Virus record (IMG/VR): IMGVR_UViG_3300033067_000700
Location: 1 to 39,681 of that record
Strand: one strand, 5' to 3'
DNA length: 39,681 nucleotides
Origin: a virus
Lineage: Duplodnaviria; Caudoviricetes
The notes under the pieces are model-generated. The model made no database searches and was not told where the DNA came from. It saw only the letters and a program-made list of their open reading frames with translations. The position numbers and the translations under genes were made by a program. Positions 36,421-39,681 of the stretch are shown here, piece by piece; the first letter of the stretch is position 1; each line of letters starts with the position of its first letter.

Positions 36421-36477
36421 GTTTGTTTTCCTTTCGTCTTGGGGTTATGCCCGACTACTTTTTCTTTTATTATATCA
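36421..36477 (-). promoter_or_regulatory. Duplicated late leader, copy 1: TATAAT promoter, CAUAAC hairpin and SD
   Basis: TATAATAAAAGAAAAAGTA-GTCGGG-CATAAC-CCCAAGAC-GAAAGGAAAACAAAC-ATG. Confidence 0.75.
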
Positions 36478-38481
36478 CTCTGTAAAAAGTTCCCAATCAG
36501 GAGGCAGACCACCATCAGAGGCAGTTCCGACAACCTGTAGGGTTCGTAGAATATATTGTGCATCAAGGGTATTCGTACTTACTCGGTATTGGTAGGCGTT
36601 GATGTCCTCGTTTACTCCGAAGAACCTCTTAAGAGATGGCTCAGAGTACGATACGACAGCGTTTTCAACATCGGTCCACTTGTGAATTGACCATTTACCA
36701 GTTGTCCACGACCTCTTAACACGAGAAGGACGAATGTACATCGGATCACCAAGACGGCGATAACCATCTTCACGAGTGATACCTGAAAGCTCGATCATCA
36801 GCGTACCACGAGAGTTAGCAAACTCTACCTCAGCATTGTCGATCCACATGAAGTCAAAGCGGTTTCGCTCGTTTACATGTCGCAGACCAGTAATAAGAGA
36901 GGTTGTAATTGGTTGTCCGTAGTCCCCTCGAATATCAGGACTGATCTCAGATAGACGGCTATCACCTGGTTTCCAGCAAAGCAGACGAATATCACCGTAC
37001 TGATCGGTATAGTTGAAGAACCTCTTAAAGCCTTTATCGAAGGCTTGAGGTAGCCATGCTTTACGTTCAGTATCGAATACGATTGTGTAGTTGTTCAATT
37101 CACTGTTGTACGGTACAGACATGTACACCTTAGCATTTTGGAAGTGAGAGGCAATACCGCTCGCAGCAGATGTCTTGATGTTCAAGATGTTAGGACGAAT
37201 GTTAGCACTCGCCTCATCTGTTGAAAGAAGGTTGAGGAATTGAGCACGACTACCTAAGTTGTAGAAAGCCTGAAGGTTGAAGTACATGTAATCGTTCAAC
37301 ACGTTCACAACAGAGCCAGGTGCAGATGTACCACGAGAGCCAGGCAATTTGTAGAAGTTTGGCACAGGGAATGTAACATCGCCAACTGTAAAACTTTCTA
37401 GCGTTCCTTGCCAGATACAGCCAAGACCATCAGGGCTATCACACCAGACTGTTGCCAGTGGCGTACCCTTACCATCTCGGTAATCGACAACCTTTACAGG
37501 TTTCGTAGGGTTATCACGAGTAGGCAGATCAATATAGGTTGCATCGTAGGCAGATGAGAAGTAACCGATGTATTTACCAGCAGCAGAGATCCATACTCGG
37601 TTTGAGAAGTCCCTATCACGAGTGGCATAGATACGAGTACCAACAAGGCTCATATCACCAACACGAGGACCTTGAGTGGTGTTCTGCTCAGGTACTTCGC
37701 CAGTGATCTGCTCAACAGATTGACCTTGATCTATATAGGTAAGTGCAGATGCATCAACACTATCAAGATATACTTCTTCGCCAGCAGTTTGACCAACATA
37801 GATGTCATAGCGAATAGCCCCCACAACGGCGTTCCATGTGAAGGTTGTTTTATTTGAGGCATCGAAAGTGGCACGAGTACGATCAGTCTGAATAGTTAAA
37901 GCGGTACTCGCCTGAGTGTAACCAATGTCGTTTACAGCACTTACTCGGTAACGGTAGGTATAAGCAGTACCACCAAGACCAGTCTTAGTCAGGCTTACAG
38001 GGGTAGGACTTGAGAGGGCGGTGTACACAGAAAGTGTCGTAGATCCTGAGTAACGAATAATGTTGTCCCAGCCATTAAAGATGTACATATAAGTATTAGC
38101 TTGTAAAAAGCCTACATCTTTGCCAGGAGTGAAAGCACCACCAGTACAGGTAGACCAGTTAAGACCGTCATTGGTTGATCGGTACACAATACCATTTACC
38201 ACCTTAATAAGATGAATACTGCCATCAGAGGCAGCGTACATTTCAGCCCCTTCGATCTCGTGAGCAGGATCAGCAGCCGTACCGTACCAGTCGATACCAT
38301 CACGCACCATTGGTGCTCCATCTTCTGCGAGCTTGATATTAACACCTTCTTTCAAGGCGTTTCGTGGGAGCTTACTCTGGTCAATAAGCGTGATAACACC
38401 ACGATCAAACTTGTCCTGTGTCAGAACTGCTTGATTAGGTGGGTTATCAGGTAGCCCACTAAGGGTAGAGGGCATTACCAT
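36475..38481 (-). CDS. Tail nozzle / DNA stabilisation protein (P22 gp10 / T7 gp12-like) with an Fn3-like insertion
   Basis: 668 aa, beta-propeller-like; YTYRYRVSAVN and NRVWIS; lies between adaptor and fibre genes. Confidence 0.7.
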   Translation of the reverse strand: MVMPSTLSGLPDNPPNQAVLTQDKFDRGVITLIDQSKLPRNALKEGVNIKLAEDGAPMVRDGIDWYGTAADPAHEIEGAEMYAASDGSIHLIKVVNGIVYRSTNDGLNWSTCTGGAFTPGKDVGFLQANTYMYIFNGWDNIIRYSGSTTLSVYTALSSPTPVSLTKTGLGGTAYTYRYRVSAVNDIGYTQASTALTIQTDRTRATFDASNKTTFTWNAVVGAIRYDIYVGQTAGEEVYLDSVDASALTYIDQGQSVEQITGEVPEQNTTQGPRVGDMSLVGTRIYATRDRDFSNRVWISAAGKYIGYFSSAYDATYIDLPTRDNPTKPVKVVDYRDGKGTPLATVWCDSPDGLGCIWQGTLESFTVGDVTFPVPNFYKLPGSRGTSAPGSVVNVLNDYMYFNLQAFYNLGSRAQFLNLLSTDEASANIRPNILNIKTSAASGIASHFQNAKVYMSVPYNSELNNYTIVFDTERKAWLPQAFDKGFKRFFNYTDQYGDIRLLCWKPGDSRLSEISPDIRGDYGQPITTSLITGLRHVNERNRFDFMWIDNAEVEFANSRGTLMIELSGITREDGYRRLGDPMYIRPSRVKRSWTTGKWSIHKWTDVENAVVSYSEPSLKRFFGVNEDINAYQYRVSTNTLDAQYILRTLQVVGTASDGGLPPDWELFTE

Positions 38482-39200
38482 TAGAGTTCAATCCTTCCTA
38501 CAGGTGTAGCTTTACCCCAGCCTGTATCAAGTCCGATATTGGCAGAATTGCCAGGAGTACCAGAGTAGTTTTCAATCTTCATATTGATCAGAGCGTTATT
38601 GGCATCTTTTTGTGATGTCTTGTAACCGAAACCGTTACGAGCGTTTGCATAGCGTGAACTCAGCATATCTTGAATAGCAAAGTTAGGATCACTCATTTCA
38701 ATGACAGTGGTAGACGGATCTGAGGTGGTAGGTAGCAGAGTAGGTTCTTTGTAGTAAACATAGTCGATATTCCAGCCGTCATACTGTACGGTCAGATCAT
38801 TTGCAACATGTAACTTAAAGCCTTTGTTCGCACCACCAGAGAAGAATACACCAGAGGTGATAGTTTCACCGTCCCTTAGTTGAGAGGTACGAATATCGGT
38901 ATGTTCGTTGCCATTGTAAAAGCGTACCCAAGTAGGAGCTTTGCGAATGTTTTTCATACCGTCATAGATCAGTGTACCGTTCGTGAGTACCAGAGTACCA
39001 GTGATCGGTACAAGTGCCTCTTCTTGAGCAGTGGTAAGTAGCTCGTTCCACAATACACCGTCAGCCCTCGCCCATTTACGAATAGCATTGATACAGGCAT
39101 AGGTCGCCTGAGTAAACTCACGATCCCCATAACTAGGAATGTTAGAGGCTTGCCCCCTGAAGAGGCTAAAGTATTCTGAAAAGATAGCTTTGAAGTCCAT
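38481..39200 (-). CDS. Head-tail adaptor / tail tubular protein
   Basis: 239 aa; ACINAIRKW...IDYVYYKEPTLL; TAATG-coupled to the nozzle gene. Confidence 0.6.
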   Translation of the reverse strand: MDFKAIFSEYFSLFRGQASNIPSYGDREFTQATYACINAIRKWARADGVLWNELLTTAQEEALVPITGTLVLTNGTLIYDGMKNIRKAPTWVRFYNGNEHTDIRTSQLRDGETITSGVFFSGGANKGFKLHVANDLTVQYDGWNIDYVYYKEPTLLPTTSDPSTTVIEMSDPNFAIQDMLSSRYANARNGFGYKTSQKDANNALINMKIENYSGTPGNSANIGLDTGWGKATPVGRIEL

Positions 39201-39257
39201 GTTTGTTTTTCCTTTCCGCTAGAGTTATGTCTGCGTACTTTTTCTTTTATTATACTA
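39201..39257 (-). promoter_or_regulatory. Duplicated late leader, copy 2
   Basis: TATAATAAAAGAAAAAGTA-CGCAGA-CATAAC-TCTAGCG-GAAAGGAAAAACAAAC-ATG. Confidence 0.75.
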
Positions 39258-39681
39258 CGCTTTAGATTTTCCTCTCTTGATCTTCACACCACCACCTGTA
39301 GCCTTCTTAACCACCTTAACAGTAGGGGTTTTAACCTGAATACGGTTGATCTTCACAGATCGTGCATTACCATAGTCAATACTACGTTTACCGCTATCAG
39401 ATGACTTACTGTAACCACCACTCTTACGGCTTGAACTACTATCACCATCAGTATCAGTAAAGGTAGTAGCCTGTTTATATTGTTCAGCACTCATTGGTGG
39501 GTAACCTTCGATCTCTCGCATCTTATTGATCAATGCAAGCTGTTCAGTCTTGTAAGCATCTGATTGTGCTTTCCATGCATCATAGTTAGCAGAGAACCAC
39601 GCTTTACTTTCAGGTGATCCATATTCAAGGCTTTTCTGTTGTGCAACTAATGGGTATCGGCTAGTCCACTCGGCAGGTGTT
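39255..39681 (-). CDS. C-terminal part of the giant ejection protein (continues from base 1)
   Basis: The junction reads in frame ...FSTTNED-G-TPAEWTSRYPL...; basic C-terminal tail. Confidence 0.85.
   Translation of the reverse strand, partial: TPAEWTSRYPLVAQQKSLEYGSPESKAWFSANYDAWKAQSDAYKTEQLALINKMREIEGYPPMSAEQYKQATTFTDTDGDSSSSRKSGGYSKSSDSGKRSIDYGNARSVKINRIQVKTPTVKVVKKATGGGVKIKRGKSKA

Noticed and set aside
1-39681. Alternative genetic code (stop-codon reassignment)
   Set aside because: Core genes are intact in code 11, and TAA, TAG and TGA all terminate genes, often in coupled overlaps.

Overview
This window appears to be a complete, circularly permuted ~39.7 kb dsDNA phage genome with a podovirus-like layout: one ORF reads in frame across the end/start junction. 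The minus strand carries terS, terL, portal, scaffold, major capsid, ejection, tail and lysis genes plus unlinked groEL and groES. The plus strand (21.3-31.8 kb) carries early and replication genes: ArdC-like, CAP-domain, DnaB helicase, HIRAN-nuclease, SSB, RusA and HNH. I recognise no integrase, invertase, DNA polymerase, primase, tRNA or CRISPR array. The most striking signals are non-coding. (1) Two candidate hairpin sRNAs have loops antisense to phage ribosome-binding sites: one to a 13-mer shared by five early operon leaders, the other to the dnaB RBS. (2) An 870-bp segment bounded by perfect 42-bp inverted repeats would swap tail-fibre tips in frame, although no invertase is apparent. 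(3) A -1 frameshift site with an H-type pseudoknot would make a membrane-anchored lytic transglycosylase. (4) A putative antisense-controlled origin region lies upstream of the helicase operon. All functional calls come from motif recognition by eye; no searches were run.
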